Positions 48,618 to 62,486 of a DNA stretch of 64,000 nucleotides are shown here, piece by piece. The translations under genes were made by a program, and so were the position numbers. The first letter of the stretch is position 1. Every line of letters starts with the position of its first letter. Below the pieces are notes generated by a model, which searched no databases, was not told the DNA's origin, and saw only the letters and a program-made list of their open reading frames with translations. Source of the DNA: Takakia lepidozioides (taxonomy: Eukaryota; Plantae; Bryophyta); contig CM060733.1 in NCBI GenBank assembly GCA_030704615.1, forward strand, positions 8,370,001-8,434,000, read 5' to 3'.

Positions 48618-50502
48618 CTAGATTGGCCGAGGAATGGGGCATGCTACCAAAGGGTTCACCATTTCGGACGACAGCTTCAATACCTCGGTAAGATCCACAG
48701 GGTGATCCGGAGACGCCACCCACTCGAAGCTGTGCAGCAACTGTGCTAGCCACAACTGAACTGTAGCCATGCCCAACGCTCTTCCAGGGCAAACACGGCG
48801 GCCAGCACCAAACGGAGCAAGACGAAGGTCATTGCCCCTCACATCGACATCACATCCACCTTCACTCGCCAAGAACCTCTCTGGCTTGAAGAGCTCGGGC
48901 TCCGACCAGATAGAAGGGTCGTGCGTGATAGCCCACATGTTCACCATGGCGGTAGTACCCTTCGGTATGACATGGCCGGCAAGAGAAACGTCCTGGGTCG
49001 CCAACCGTGCCCACGACAGAAGAGGGCCAGGAGGATGTACACGGAGGGTCTCCTTAATCACAGACTGAAGGTACGGAAGCCGGGGGATATCAGACTCAGA
49101 AACACTTCTACTCCTTCCCACCTGCGAATCCAATTCATCATGCACTTTCTGCTGGATCTCAGGGTGGAGAACTAATTCCGCCATTATCCACTCGGTCAGA
49201 ATAGCGGTGGTGTCGGTCCCTCTGAATATCATCTCCTGTTGAACAAACCATCAGGTTATCAGTGTAATCCAACATACTGAGTCTCGTCAGGAACCGTACA
49301 ATTCCCTTGACTGACCTCTCTAATCTGTGAAATACGAGGCAAACGAAGAAGCATTCGCGTGAGGGACACAAAGCAGGACTCCTCATTTGAAAAACCCGGA
49401 GATTGAAAGCACCCTCAGACGATTGTGAACCACGAGAACACTAGAGAGGCTAACAGCACAAGGCTGGCAGGCGGAAACTCACCCACAACACAGCAATTAT
49501 GTCAGCATCTGCCAGCTTCTCATCACCCTGCATGGACAGAAGAACATCCACAAAATCTGATTGTTCTTGGGCATCCCCGCCTCTGGCACGCTGGCGGTGC
49601 TCATCAATTATGCGCTGCACGAATGCAGTTACCCTAGGCACCAGCTTTGCACAACGCTGGTGAATGTTTTGGGGATCGACAGACTGCAAAATAGGCAGGT
49701 GGTCTGCCCAGTTGAAAGCACCCAGAAGCTCAAAACCCTCACGGACCATCCCCTTGAGCTGTTCAGCAGCCTCACAAACGGTATCAAAATTGTAGCGACG
49801 GCCGAAAACTCCACTCATGATATTGTTCAAAGAGGCCCGCTGAAGGTAGCCGCGAATCTCAACAACTCCAGTCTTGGATGCTCCAGCTGCAGCGGCTATG
49901 GCAGCTAGCATTAGCTTGGTCTCCAGCTGGCGCAACGGCTCATGAGCTGCAATGCGCTTAGGGGCAAAGAGGTGGTTGGCTGCAATCCTGCGTAGGCCTC
50001 TCCAGTATTCACCTTGGGGAGCAAAGCCGATAGCACGCCCAAACAGAAGCTGCTGGGCCGACTGCTTCAGGGGCCGGTTTGCAAAGGAAGAACTGTTGAG
50101 AAGGTCACGCGCAGTGTCGGGCTTACTGGCTATGACCACCCTGGTGTTTCCCAAACTGAGCGACATAAGCGAGAGAGCATTATGATCCTTAGCCAGCTGC
50201 GCTAGGCGCCTGTGAGCCAGCCCACCCATCTCCATCAGACTTCCAAGAATAGGGAAGCCACGAGGCCCCGGAATGGTGTTCCGCTTTCCTTTCAACGCAC
50301 CCCAAGCACTACCTCCTGGAGCCAGCCAGCATAGCAGCACAGCGGACGCACTGATAAGCGCCAACGCAGCACACACGAGCCACCCACTTACGAATTGCTC
50401 TGTAGAGTTTTCCAGCAGCGCAGAACGACCTTGCTTCGCCAACATTGGCAAGGCTAACAACCAGGACATTCCACCTGCAGATGACATTGCCTGGGCCTCC
50501 AT
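48618..50502 (-). CDS. CYP78A: Cytochrome P450 CYP78A (KLUH family), two exons (50502-49483, 49235-48618), 545 aa
   Basis: [44 protein letters not shown]|EMIFRGTDT across GT-AG intron 49482-49236, [23 protein letters not shown], heme motif [11 protein letters not shown]. Confidence 0.97.
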
Positions 50503-53500
50503 CGCAACTCCCAAGGAAAACCTTCGAAGCGAGGGGCAGACAGAGGGAAAAGCGCAAGTCTGGAGTAGCAAACCTCAATGCTTGACAGGCTCTAGAACCA
50601 GAAACGTCCCTGACAGACAATAGACCAAAAGTACTTGAAAAATCCAACCGAGTAACCAGAATGCGACTCAAAAGTCGACCAGAAGCTTGTCACGAAAGCA
50701 TAGAGAACTAGTTCCACAAACCCCGAACAACAAGGGAAACACGAAAAAGGTAGGTAAAGCAAAGCCACCTTCAAACTAAACTTATCCTGCAAACGATTTG
50801 GAAGAGCGGGAACCCCTTAGCAACCACTTCTATTGATGCAATGAACTACGCTTGAGATGACAAGAGCGAGCACTGCTGAGAGTGTGAGGGAATCGCGCTT
50901 ATATGCTGAGCAGGATGGGCTCATGAATACCAGAGAACTAGTCCCTCCTCCTGCTCTGCTGCTACCTTGCCAGAGCAGTGCTGGAAGATCGCTCTCCCTC
51001 GCAAGCCCATGTCAACCCACAAATCAAATCACGTCAAGGCGGCGGACGCTGCTGCCACCTTTTTCGGAAATCGGGTCGCTTTACCCCCCTCTTTTAACCC
51101 CCTCCTTTCACACACCGGTACAATAAAACTACACACACAAAATACCTCCTACCCAAATCATCCCTCCTCCCTCCCCCTCCCTCGATGCCGCATTTGCTAG
51201 GGCTGCGCTGCCACTCTATTACTCACCGCCAAACCGGTGGCATGCGGCGGCCCACGGCCCGCCGCGCCGACGGCCGTGCAACCGTGGGTCCCGAAATCAC
51301 AACAACACCGAATCGCACGGCGCCTGGACTGCGACGTGGTCGCCCACGCCGCGTACCCGAGCACGGGTGTACGCCCCGCCCGGCCCCCTCCATGCGCTTT
51401 CTTTCCCTCGTCTTTCCCGGTTCCCGTTGCCCTTCCCCAATCTACCTCCGAGCACTCATTGCCATATCTGTCCACGTAACCTCCGCACATAAAGAATGCA
51501 AAAGATGGCCTGGCACAGCTACCTTTTTCCCACACGTGCGGCCTGATTCTCACCCGCCTGCAAACTGCTCCCACGCTGCCGCATACGGCGGCTACCCGTG
51601 GCAGGCAGCACGGCCGTCCTTGCCTCCACAGCGCGGCCGTGCTGCCCCGCCCCGTTTTGTCCAGTTTTGGGCTTCCCCATTCTGGAAGCGCCCCCTCGTA
51701 ATAACTGTTTCCTTCCTCCACCCCAGCGGGAATTGTGCCGTCCTGCTTTATATTACCGCAAAGCGGGGCCGCTAACCCTAACAATGATCGCACCATTTAT
51801 CCGAAAACTTCAAAAACGGGCGAGGGGCTATTAGACGAGCGGGGGTAAGTGGCCAAGTAATGAATATTGGTCGTGTCACTGGCGTCGTAAATGCGACGAA
51901 AATAGGGAAGGTCTAGACTAATGTCATAATAAGGGCGCATTGAGTGCGCGCAGTTAACGAGAAGAATGAAGCTGCTCACCCTCCCTCAGCGCGCCGCAAA
52001 GCGTCTGCTCCCCGCACGTGCCAAACAGCTCCACGGCCCTTTGTACCGCACTGCTGACAACTCCAATCCCCTTACCAACTTGCTCGTCTCACCCAAACTC
52101 TTCACAGACGGTACATACATGCATTGAACAGCTGGAATTTTTTTCATTCATCTCTCTGAATCCCAGCACTTCTGTGATGGGAAATATGGGTCGGTATGAT
52201 TTACGTGGCGACGAAACAGTTTATATCCACATTGCTAATTATACCCCGTTTTTCAAAAATCGGTTATATTAAGTCGGGTGCTCTTCAAGAACCACAGATG
52301 TGGCCGCTATATTTATCGAACATATCAAACATCTTCCTCCCCCAACCCTAAAAGCCCTCCCCTCCTCCAATCCCTCGTTGCCCAAACCCCCGAAGTACTA
52401 GAAAGCATCGAAACAGATGGATTTTGATTTATTATTATGGTGGCAGGGTCGATAGAGTTAGAGTCAGGGCAGAGAAGGGGTATGATGGGCTGCTGGCCCC
52501 AAGGCGGCGCGCCAAGTGCCAGGAGAGCAGATGTCAGACACGTCAGCAGGCGAGCGAGAGAAATTAGTGGACGAGTTAAGCGCGGTAAGGCAGAGGTCAG
52601 CAGGGAATGATTCCGGGATCGCGGGGTAATCCACAACGTCGGAAGTAACTAGTGGGGCAGTCATTAAGGCCGCTCTTTACTCTGCGTTATTACACCTTAC
52701 TGCTTCGCAATAAATACTCTCTGTGACGACCTGCGCAGCCCCTAATCTTCCACACGTGCGGGAGAATCCTGCGGGATCGAGCTGCACTGACGAAACTCAT
52801 CCGCCATGAGACCCTCTGTCGGTGGGAGATTCCGCCCCCGTCCCATCCATCCATCACCCGGACCGCCAGATAAACCAGGGTGCCGCCAAGTTAGTTAGGC
52901 ACGTACCAACTTAGTTCGTTGGTTAGTTACTTGGTTAGTTTGCGCCGGTAAATTACGTTTCGGGGTTCGAGTGAAAGTGAAGGCCCCCATTTACATCACC
53001 CTCATCATAGACTACTGTACTCTACAATAAGTAGAACTATCATTGGCCTTACGTACCTGACCCAGGAGGTGTATAGCTCGAATCTGGGGTCGCGCGTATC
53101 CTGTTCATCGAACTAAGATTATTTTATCATATCGACCATGCTTTCGGTGTGGTAGTCATGAATTAGCCGCTTTCCATCCCATCATTCCCTCATTATAATA
53201 ATACATTCATGAATGGACGCAGAAGTAGTTGGAATGGATACGCACATAACTGCGATCTTCGGAAGGGGTGACATTAATTGCACTGACTCCTCACTCTGCA
53301 TATGCAAATGACATACGAGATTGTCCTCTCAAGCGGCTCGGGTGGCATCATTCCGAGTACTGAAGAGACAGGAGACACTTATGCTTTTTTAAAGTGTAAA
53401 AAACAATTATCCTCATTAAAAACAAAAACCCATCTAGGAGAGAATATACGTCCATGATACGGACGTCTTCCTCGGTATGCTTCATTGCTTAGTATGGAAA

Positions 53501-55702
53501 GTCGAGCGTGGGATACAACGCTTCATAGGGAAGGGCGAGGGGTGGGGTCCTTGGGTCCCGCTCATACAGGGGTCCACCGCGTTGCGCGAACCGAAGCAGG
53601 ACAGGTGGGGAGGGCCATCCCGGCGAGGGGGGAGAAGGGACGGGCCGGAGGAGCAGAGGGTCTGGGCAACAGTTGGGCCTGTCGCCAATTTAGCGACAGG
53701 AAGGTTCGCCGCCGCTGGGACTGACCGCTACGTACCGGTCGGATACCGGACCTGGCGGTTACTGCGACGTGGCCGGGCATCATCCCGACAGCTGCTGGGC
53801 TCCCCGTAGGCCGTATATACTCCGGGTAGCATACCCCTTACGCCCGGCGTCTACCGCTGGGGTGCGGTTAAGCGGCAAGTGCGAGCGTGAAAGCGAGCAA
53901 GTGCAGAAGCGCTTCCTGCGTGCAGAGCCGCAGACATACCCCGGGCGTTGCGTACAAGAGCGGACATTGATGGAGGTCGCCGCGTTATGGCAGCCTTCAA
54001 CGGCCATCGCCGCCAGGAACCCCTGCTCCGCTTCCATCTCCTATAACTAAATTAACGTCGTTATAGTCCAGCGATGCGGCGAGCGAGAGCGGTGGAGGGG
54101 GAGGGTCGGAAGGGGGGGAGAGCGGGGCGATAGAGGCGCCTAGGAAAGAGAGTCAGCAACCGGAGACAGCGCGGCAGCAGGCGGCATGTGCGAGCAGCTG
54201 TACTGCCCAGATCCCGTTCGCCTGCCAGATCTAAGGCTGCGGTTCGCGCGAGCCGGATGGTAACGGACGGCAGCGGGCCGTGGGCCGGAGAGGGCAGGAC
54301 GCAAATCCCCAGTAAGATAGCTATATCACCCGCCCGGGCGGGGCCGGGGCCCACCGCCGCCCGACACAGCCCGGCACCCGCGCCAGGGCTTGTGCCCCCA
54401 ATTCGCAGCACTGCCATCTGGATTAGCGAGCCCCCCGTTTTGTCATCCATGCCTTCATCCACCGCTCATCCACGGCGCGGATCCGAGGCCACCTACCAGC
54501 CTAGCTAGGGCTGCGGGACTGGAGCGGAAGATTCGGGATCGCTCTCGTACGTGCGACCAGCAGGTGGCAGAGCGGCTGACCGGTAACGCAGGTAGTGCCG
54601 TCTTGGAAGCCGACCGGGGACCGGTTGCAGCAGGTGTGCCAGGCTTGCTCCGTCCTTTCTACCGTTAGATTTCTCATCCATTCGCCCTTCGCGACGGCAG
54701 AGATCATCCATGGTGCGTTCATCCCCGCAGCTGGCCGGGAATAAAAAATGATTAAAGCCGATCTGAGAATCGAACATAAATTCCCTGCCGTGAATGCAGA
54801 TCAAGTGGGGGGGGCCCACCAGCAGCGGGTCCGCCTCAGGGGGCTGCCAGATGTCAGTCGCGACAGGTGGGCAGGCACAACGATCGCCAGCAGCCGGTGA
54901 GTTCCCGGTCACTGGAAGTGCCGCCGTCGAATCTAGCGCCAGCGATTCTCATTAACCAGCGCCAGTTAGTTAGCCCACCCCGGGTTACCGTCTGACGACG
55001 GGTCGCGCTCCGGGTTATTTATCTGACCCCGTGCCAGATTGTCAGCCCCTGTAACTCACCGGCTGTAGCCGGTGCGCGGTGTGTGGGGAAAGGAAAAAGT
55101 GGCGAAACCGGGGAGGCGAAAGTGGGGGGATGTCACATACAAACCCTACAGCGCGGGCAGTGTGGCGCTTTTGTGTCGGCAAATCTGACGACATAAGGAA
55201 CCTTGTGACAGACACCCTTGCGCGCCGCGGCCTTTGTCAACCCTAATCTGACGTCCTATGGTCGCCAGCTCGGCGCTCACACGGATGGCCAGGTCACGCT
55301 ACCGGACGCTCCGGTCTCCAGCTGGGTCTACCAACTGCTCTCACTGGTCGCACGTGTCAACAAATCCCAGTTTATTTTATTCCTCCGTATAATATATTCC
55401 AGCTGTCATCAGTTTCCAGTGGATGAATGTGGCCTATTCTCTGTTGTGTTCATTCGTTGCCATTTCATTATCGTATTTCGTTCGTTGATAAAAATTAGAG
55501 TGATGCTCCTAACCCGGTTGTTTACTAGCACCCTGCATATTGAGCTGTGGGTCGGGGGGGTTCAAGGTTCAATCCCTTGTAGTCGGCCTTTGGTTCTGGG
55601 TTGTGGTTGGGGCCAGGGCTCTGCGGGTATCACCATTTCTGACTACCGCTGGTTCCGGGTATGTGTAATCTTTTTATTTCAGGATTTCGGGCCTGTCATT
55701 AG

Positions 55703-55970
55703 CAGTGTTTTCTTTCTGGCGAAAATCACCAGATTTCGACCTGGAAGTGGGTCACCTACTTCTACAGAGGAATTATGGGGGCAAAAATTTCGCCAAAAAG
55801 CGCCAGTAGCAGGAGCCTAATATTGCAAGCATAGATCAACAAAAACGTGGCACCTGGTATATAGCCACTTTTCTAACCCTGCCTCCTTCATATCTCGCCA
55901 CATGGCACTCTAGAGAACTTACATGTGGCCCTGCCTGCGATTTTGGAAAAATCGAAAAAGAAAAACACTG
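55703..55970. mobile_element. hAT-like MITE (268 bp)
   Basis: Ends CAGTGTTTTCTTT and AAAGAAAAACACTG are inverted repeats; no clean TSD. Confidence 0.55.
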
Positions 55971-56129
55971 GAAGTTATTATACTACTTGCCAGTTCCAGG
56001 TATTGGTCCAGCATAAATACTACCTGCCCATATGATTAGGATATCAACTGAAGTACATGTGTGTATGTATGAAAATTTTTGGCACTAACGCAATAAATAT
56101 TCAAAGGGGTTTAGTTTTCCCCCCTTTAA

Positions 56130-59100
56130 TATATTTATATATATATTGCATTTATTCCAAAATTGTGGGCAAAAAAAAAAACCCCCTTTTTGCACCATGA
56201 GGGCTACACACCGTAGTCAGTGAAGGGTGATCAAGTACCTGATGCTAAAGTGCAGCAGTGTGCTCATAGAGAGAGGACCTCTCGAAACAGCTTAGCTCTG
56301 TCCGAGAGACTTCCAAAAAATATCTAAGCCTGCAGCTGAGATTACCGAGGAGCTAATCTACATCTACGCTTTAACGGCTTTAACGGAAATTTAGCGTGGA
56401 AGTAGTGGCGGGGTGCTTGACGTGTTTCCAGTTCACATCTCTCTCAAATTTCGGCGAGGCAGTGGAGTGGAGCTCTGAGGTCTCTCTAGTGCTGAGGGGG
56501 GAGAGCGTTCCAAACAGTGTTCCTGCTCGTCGCTTTGACAAATGATGCCATGGCAGGCCCACGTCGCTCTGAATGTTGCATGGATCGCTGGCGCCTGCCC
56601 TGGGGTTCTGTGACAATCTGCAACACATTTTGCCCAAGTTTTTTTCGACTCTGTTAAAAGGTCTTTGTACACCATTGCCAACAAAGCGGAGGTACTGATT
56701 GTCTCCTTGCTAAAGGTCTTTTACATCTAGCACGCCATAAGTGCCATAACATAGATGCGCGAAGAGTCTCGAAGACCGGACATGGAAAGGATAACCCATG
56801 AGCCTTCCGAGACTATATATTGAAAGAGGGATGGGGAAACCAAGATGGCGGTGCCTCCTCTGGAACCTTCGGAAGTTGGTTTCCAGAGGGAGTTTGCCCG
56901 TGGCCAGAGATTATCTGAGAGAGAAGCAATTTTCCCTAAATCAAGTTTGTGTTCTTGTAGGAAGAGAATTGCTTCTTTTCAAAGGTAAGGGGATAGAAAA
57001 TTCTTAACACAAGCGTGCTTTGGGGAAGCATTATCCGCCCCAAGGACCCTGATGTTCCAAGAGGCCATGTCAATCAACATGGGGGTGGAAGGCAAGGCTG
57101 AGATGATCAATCTCATTGGATGGCTTGTGACGTCTTAGACAATGGAATTTAACCCGCTTATCAGAAGGGAGGAGGCTATTTACCCAGATGTAGGGGCTGG
57201 GAGGTGAGGGAGGTATTCTCGAAATTTGAACCATGATGAGGTGGGAGATGTCCGATTGGGTATTTGAGAGAATCTGATTTGGGTGCGGGGGTGTGGCAAA
57301 AATGGGATTTGGGGAAAGTTTTTTGAAAAAGGTTGAGCTACGTGTGCTAAGGATGGGAGGGTGATGAAGGTCAGAGAGGCAAGGGAGGTTTGAGGGGGAT
57401 GTACCTGCAGGCAGGTTGATAGCCGGGAGGATTTTCTTGGTGGATTGCCTAGCAGCAGCAGACGGGTGGATACATAGAACCCAACATCTCTTCCTATCCT
57501 TGGAGTCAGCCTGGAACAGAACTAATGGCAGGGGCTGGGGGCTTACCTAGAGAGAGGAGAACCCGCCTCGTGGGTGGCATTTGGCGGGGGGGCCAGGTGT
57601 GGGGAAGCCATAGGTATGGAGAAAGAGCCAATTGCCGCTTGAACTTCTTGGATGGAATGGAGCAGATTGGCTGACCTCCGATTGTCATCTGCAGATTGGG
57701 TCCTGATTTGGCTTACTTGGCCCTGAGGCTCCTGTCGGGGTGGGGCCTCCTCTTCTCTTGCCAGTGGCTGCATCCCTGGGGAGCCACTTGAGGAAGATGA
57801 TTCAGAGGGAATCCCTCTGAGGTGATCTCTTGTTCTCTGTAGTTCGTCTTGATGGTTAATATCCGTCATGCATTGGTCCAACAGCCTGGAGAGGAGGGAA
57901 AAGGCATTGATAGCACATCCTTTTCCCTAATGTGGGCTGGCTGCTTGCCCCATGGTTTCCCCAAACAGTCTTCCCTGATCCACCATGACTTGCCTGGGGG
58001 GTGTGGTAGATGTCTGCATCCTCCATCAGAGCCAACACCTGGGTGTTAGGCCTGCAGTTTAAATATGGGTGTTCTTCCACATACACCCCCCAGGTGATAG
58101 TCGAGGATGGTGAAATGAGATAGCACGGTAGATGATTGGCAAAGAAATCTTGGATTTTAGCCATGAGCATGCACTGAGGGCTGCTATTGGGGGATACTTT
58201 TCAATGAAACTTAACACATCTTGATTGGTGATCCACGGAGATTCCAGATCACGCCTATCTTCAGATGTAATGAGGATTGAGGCTGGGGGCCTATTTTGAA
58301 GACAATGGGGGTAACACAAGAGGATTTGGGAGTCTCGTTGGTGGACAAGGCTGAGCAGCCTGGCAGCACAAGGTCTTGGAAGGATTGTATGGATTTTAGA
58401 ACAATGATGGCCACCATCGGACTGCCTGCAATCGCTGAAGGAGAGAGCTTCATAGTAGGGTCCGCCTCTTGGGAGAAAGGAGCTGAGGGAGGTGGTGGGA
58501 GATTGGAGGCCTGCGCTGTGACGAGGGGGGGACACTTGTCGACGATAGGAGGGGCAGTCAGTGAGCAGTTAGCCTCTAGATGCATAGGATCCAAGGGGTC
58601 TTTTTGTTTTTTGGCAATGTGTACTGGACTAAATTGCACAAGATCAGCAGATAGAGATGGGTTTTGGTGATAGCAGAGAGTGTGAGGGAAAGGGGGGGTT
58701 AGCTGGAAGAGGTGGGGGGGGGAGAGAGAGAGGCAGGATGGAACTGAGAAGAGGCGTGTGGGTTAGCCGTAGGCCCTACATTTGGAGACCTTTTTCTCTT
58801 ACTGAAAGGGCAATTGACCTTGATGTGTCCATGCTTTCCACAGCCAAAGCATGCTAAGTAAGATGCATCTTCAATCAACCGAATTGTGAAGTAGTTTCCC
58901 TCAGTGTCGATTGGCAGTCTCACATAGTCAGGCAGCACTGCTTCATAAGGCATCATCAACTCCATTTTGGGGCAGCCATCTTCATTCATTTTTGTTGCGA
59001 TGGTGGCCGATTTCCATGATGGCATTTTCTTGAGGACATCTGTGTTCATGAGGGGGTCAAATATCCCCAGACAGCCCAAGTATTCTCCAAAATGGTTGGC

Positions 59101-60090
59101 AATGTCTGGCAAATTTGCCAGGTACTGATCTAGGATAAATCTGGCAAATTTGCCAGGTACTGATCTAGGATAAATGGTATAGAAACGACTCTAGGCCCCC
59201 ATAACTTGTCGTTTTTGTTGCCCAGCTTAGACGACCAAGGAAAGATATTTACGTTAAAGCCCTTGGTTGAATTGCATAGCCTTGGCTGCCGCTACAGCTG
59301 ATTCAAACATTACTGAAAAGAATCCTCGCCCTTTGGCAATGCAGAAGTGATGGTTAAGCTCTCCCGGGCCCCCGAGGTAGCGGATCGCCCAGTCCCTCAC
59401 ATAGGATCTCTTAACCTTTCTGCCAGGAAAGTGTAGCAAAACACCAGAGTTCTCCATACCTGGGATTCTGATGTGCAGGTCCTGTATATCCATCTTGATA
59501 AGGGGAAATACATTGTTCATTGCCCGCTGCTCCTCCAATGAAAAACTCTCTTCTTCTGGCACTGGAGGGGAGAGGCACTGCTCCTGGATGGGCGGGGGCC
59601 TTGCCTCACTGATGTGGACTTTCGGGGGCTGATCCGTCAAGGTGGCGAGAATTGCTTAGGCCTGTAAATCTGCCTTGTACTGGCCAAACTTTCTTGGTGG
59701 GCCCTGTAGAAGCCCCGGGTTGAGCTGGGCTAGGACCCAGTAGGTGGGTGCCTGCTTGACTGACCCGAATGGCATGCAACGAGGCCAGTCTAAGGACTTG
59801 GAGCGATGGAACATGGTATTCGGAGCCATGGCAGGCAACACAGAAAGAGGTGCAGGGGAAGGATCGGGGACTCTGATAAAGACAGTAATGACTGAACTGT
59901 AATCAGCTAGAGAGGAGAAAAAGAGATAGGGAATTGAGGGAGCTAAACTGAGAACTGAGAGCTAGACTAGAAATTGAAGAAACAGCCTGACTCTACAGGG
60001 AGATTTAAGCTGGCAATGCAGACCCTCTATTGGCTCTACTGTGGATAGGGATGTCGAGTGGAGCTGGAGCCAGGATGAACCCTAAACCCT
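56130..60090 (-). mobile_element. L1-like LINE with ORF1 and internally deleted ORF2
   Basis: ORF1 pieces 59254-59640 (KGRGFFSVMFESA) and 58699-59112 (CFGCGKHGHIKVNC); ORF2 from 57080 MLIDMASWNIRVLG...FLQEHKL...GGTAILV runs into C-terminal-like FRATWACHGIIC; AATAAA near 56153. End coordinates are approximate. Confidence 0.75.
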
Positions 60091-60097
60091 AAACTAA

Positions 60098-60200
60098 CAC
60101 TACAAGAGATGAGCATTTTTAGGACTACGGCTTTTGCGGAGTCATAAAAACGGCATTAGGTACACGACTACAGAACGCTAAAATGCGTTGCAGTCATAGT
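60098..60200 (+). mobile_element. Solitary CACTA-like terminus
   Basis: CACTACAAGA at 60098; no matching right end seen. Confidence 0.35.
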
Positions 60201-60364
60201 TTTATCACTCTATAGTAATGGATATCACTACATGACTCCGGAAAGGTAGGGAGCATTGGTCAAACATTGTTGACCATGATGACAGGGATGGTTTATATGA
60301 CTCGCGTCATATGGAGGACTACACGTGGATGAATTTTCTCATTGGATAAGTTCATTCATCAATG

Positions 60365-61240
60365 ATCAAAGTGCAAAAGGTTAAAAAAAATTCAAAAAGT
60401 TGCTTATAGGGTTGCCCATTAGGGTGCCAGCCGTGAACAGAGGGCTAGGACTTGGCCTCCTTTTGGGGTTTTTTTGTCTCCTGCCACACCATATGTTTTC
60501 TTAGTATCCACAAGCCTAGAGCATGGAACGCAACGATCGCAAGATGTGCAGGGGCGTGGGATGGAGGCTTTGTAGACCTATTCTTGAGCATGCAGGAAGG
60601 GGAAAAGATAGACACAACAAGGCACTACAACACACTATGGTTTTCAGCACCGTCGGTATTTTACTATGAATTTCACTATTTGCCACTTTTCACTATTTCT
60701 AGCACCACGTAGTGAAATGTGCTGATATTAATAGAACAATTCACTACAACTATCAAAAGTTTCATTACGGAGTCCTTTATTCTACCACCCCTAAGTCAAA
60801 CATTGACAGCTGTAATTATGAAAATATAATTTATAATGTATATTTCAATTTCAATAGCTCAAAGTGAAAGTTTTTACTAGCAAGTGTTCAAACCAGCCCA
60901 ATGGTAATATATTTTACTACCACTATCAAATGTTTGTTTACGTGATGTTTTGGTTTTCTAGACAAGTCTGGTAGCAGGATTTTAGCCTTTGACCTAGAAT
61001 GAATCAAAGTGCAAAAGGTTAAAAAGTCAAAAAGTTGCTAATAAGTTGCCCATTAGGATTTAAAAAGTTAAAAAATTGCTAATAAGGTTGCCCATTAGGG
61101 TAATCGTGAACACAAAGGAGGGTTGGGACTTGGCGTTTTTTTTGTCTCCTGCGCCACACCATGTAGCCGAGGGATGGAACGCGATGATCGCAGGATATGC
61201 AGGGCCGTGGGATGGAGGCGTTGAGCAAATGATGCAGGAA
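60365..61240 (+). repeat. Direct duplication (60365-60605 and 61003-61240) containing a PPR sliver
   Basis: ATCAAAGTGCAAAAGGTTAAAAA...GTTGCCCATTAGG...WNAMIAGYA-coding segment in both copies. Confidence 0.7.
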
Positions 61241-62120
61241 GGAGGAGAGGAGGAGGAGATGAGACGAGGAGAAGCTCGCAACATTCTTGCGAGCTCGCCG
61301 TTCTTGGGAGAGTTAGCTTGGTCTTAGCAGGCATGTTTCAATCTCTGCCTACTCAGCTGCACCGTGGTGGTTCGATCTCACAGACCAATCCGACATTACC
61401 TGACTACAGACACAAGCAGCACACACAAGAGGTTCTTTTGGGTTGATGGTCAGTCAAGTCATGACACAAGCTCAAGGACAATATGGTGAGGGCACCTTCT
61501 TCTTTGACCTATTTCAACCTGTTTTGCCCTCTCACAAGTGAAGTGGGAGGGATTGCGGATGGTGGCTTAAAGTGTATGGAGGAGGAGGCAATTGTGAAGA
61601 GCAACCCATGTGTTTCTAAGGTGAACCAGATAGATCTTACAGATATTGAGCACACAGAGAGCCTTAATGGGAAGGTATTGGAGACGGTGGTAGAGTCTCT
61701 TCTTGAGAGGACATTGGGAGATAAGATGCATGCTGAAACTTTGAGCTTCCAAGAAGGTATGCTGTTACAGGGGAAAACCCTCAGTCGCCAGCAAATGATG
61801 GCCTCCCTATGTGCAGAGAGTTCCTCTCTCCCAGTTGACCCAAGCATGGATCAGCAGTTGTCCCATAGAGAGGTATGCAGTCTTTTATGCTCTTTCTGAC
61901 TTGACTGTTTCAGCCAGGGTCTACCCTCTCTCTCTCTTACTCATGCGTTCCCTTTTTTGGGATTGTTGTAAGCAATTCAGCACTCTTGATCTGGTTTTAT
62001 ATATTGCGGTTCAAAGCCTTACAATAGCTCCAGAAAGGCATCCTGCAGGGAGTACGCCCTTAATGTATTATGGCCAAGGGTTACAGCTGGTGGCATATCC
62101 TTTGTCTTCATTTCTGATGT

Positions 62121-62432
62121 GTGTGTGCCTGGCCCCAGCCCGAGAGCATGTATGAATCAATTGCTGAATGTCCAAGCAAAGCATTCTTATCAGAGAGACA
62201 AATTTGGGATGAGGCACATGCACTTATCACACATAAAGAGAATCCTTTGAAGGAGCAGGAGCTGATGCCCAAAGTGGTAGGCCAAGAAGAGGAGGAAGCT
62301 CCTATGTCAGTGACAAAGAAAAGAAAGCGTATGCTTGCATCCACTCCTGTTGATTCTGGTGGCCGCCGAATCCGACCTCGCCCTCTTGACACCAACCAAC
62401 CCATTCATGTGTTTGTCGAAGGTCGTGATAAG
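62121..62432 (+). pseudogene. Exon fragment with Enhancer-of-polycomb-like N-terminal motif
   Basis: RRIRPRPLDTNQPIHVF resembles the EPL1 start (FRPRPLD); GT donor at 62433; no downstream exons. Confidence 0.35.
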
Positions 62433-62486
62433 GTGAGAACCTCTCTCTCCTCTGTGATGTGGGTTTCTTGTTGTTCTACTTTGTCC

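Noticed and set aside
51185-54912. Many overlapping 100-200-aa ORFs
   Set aside because: Arg/Pro/Ala-rich frames on both strands are expected in GC-rich DNA; no domains recognised.
55520-55590. tRNA or SINE (GGTTCAATCC box B-like)
   Set aside because: No cloverleaf, box A or tail could be built.
60078-60094. Telomeric repeat
   Set aside because: Only about two CCCTAAA units; a common telo-box-like motif.
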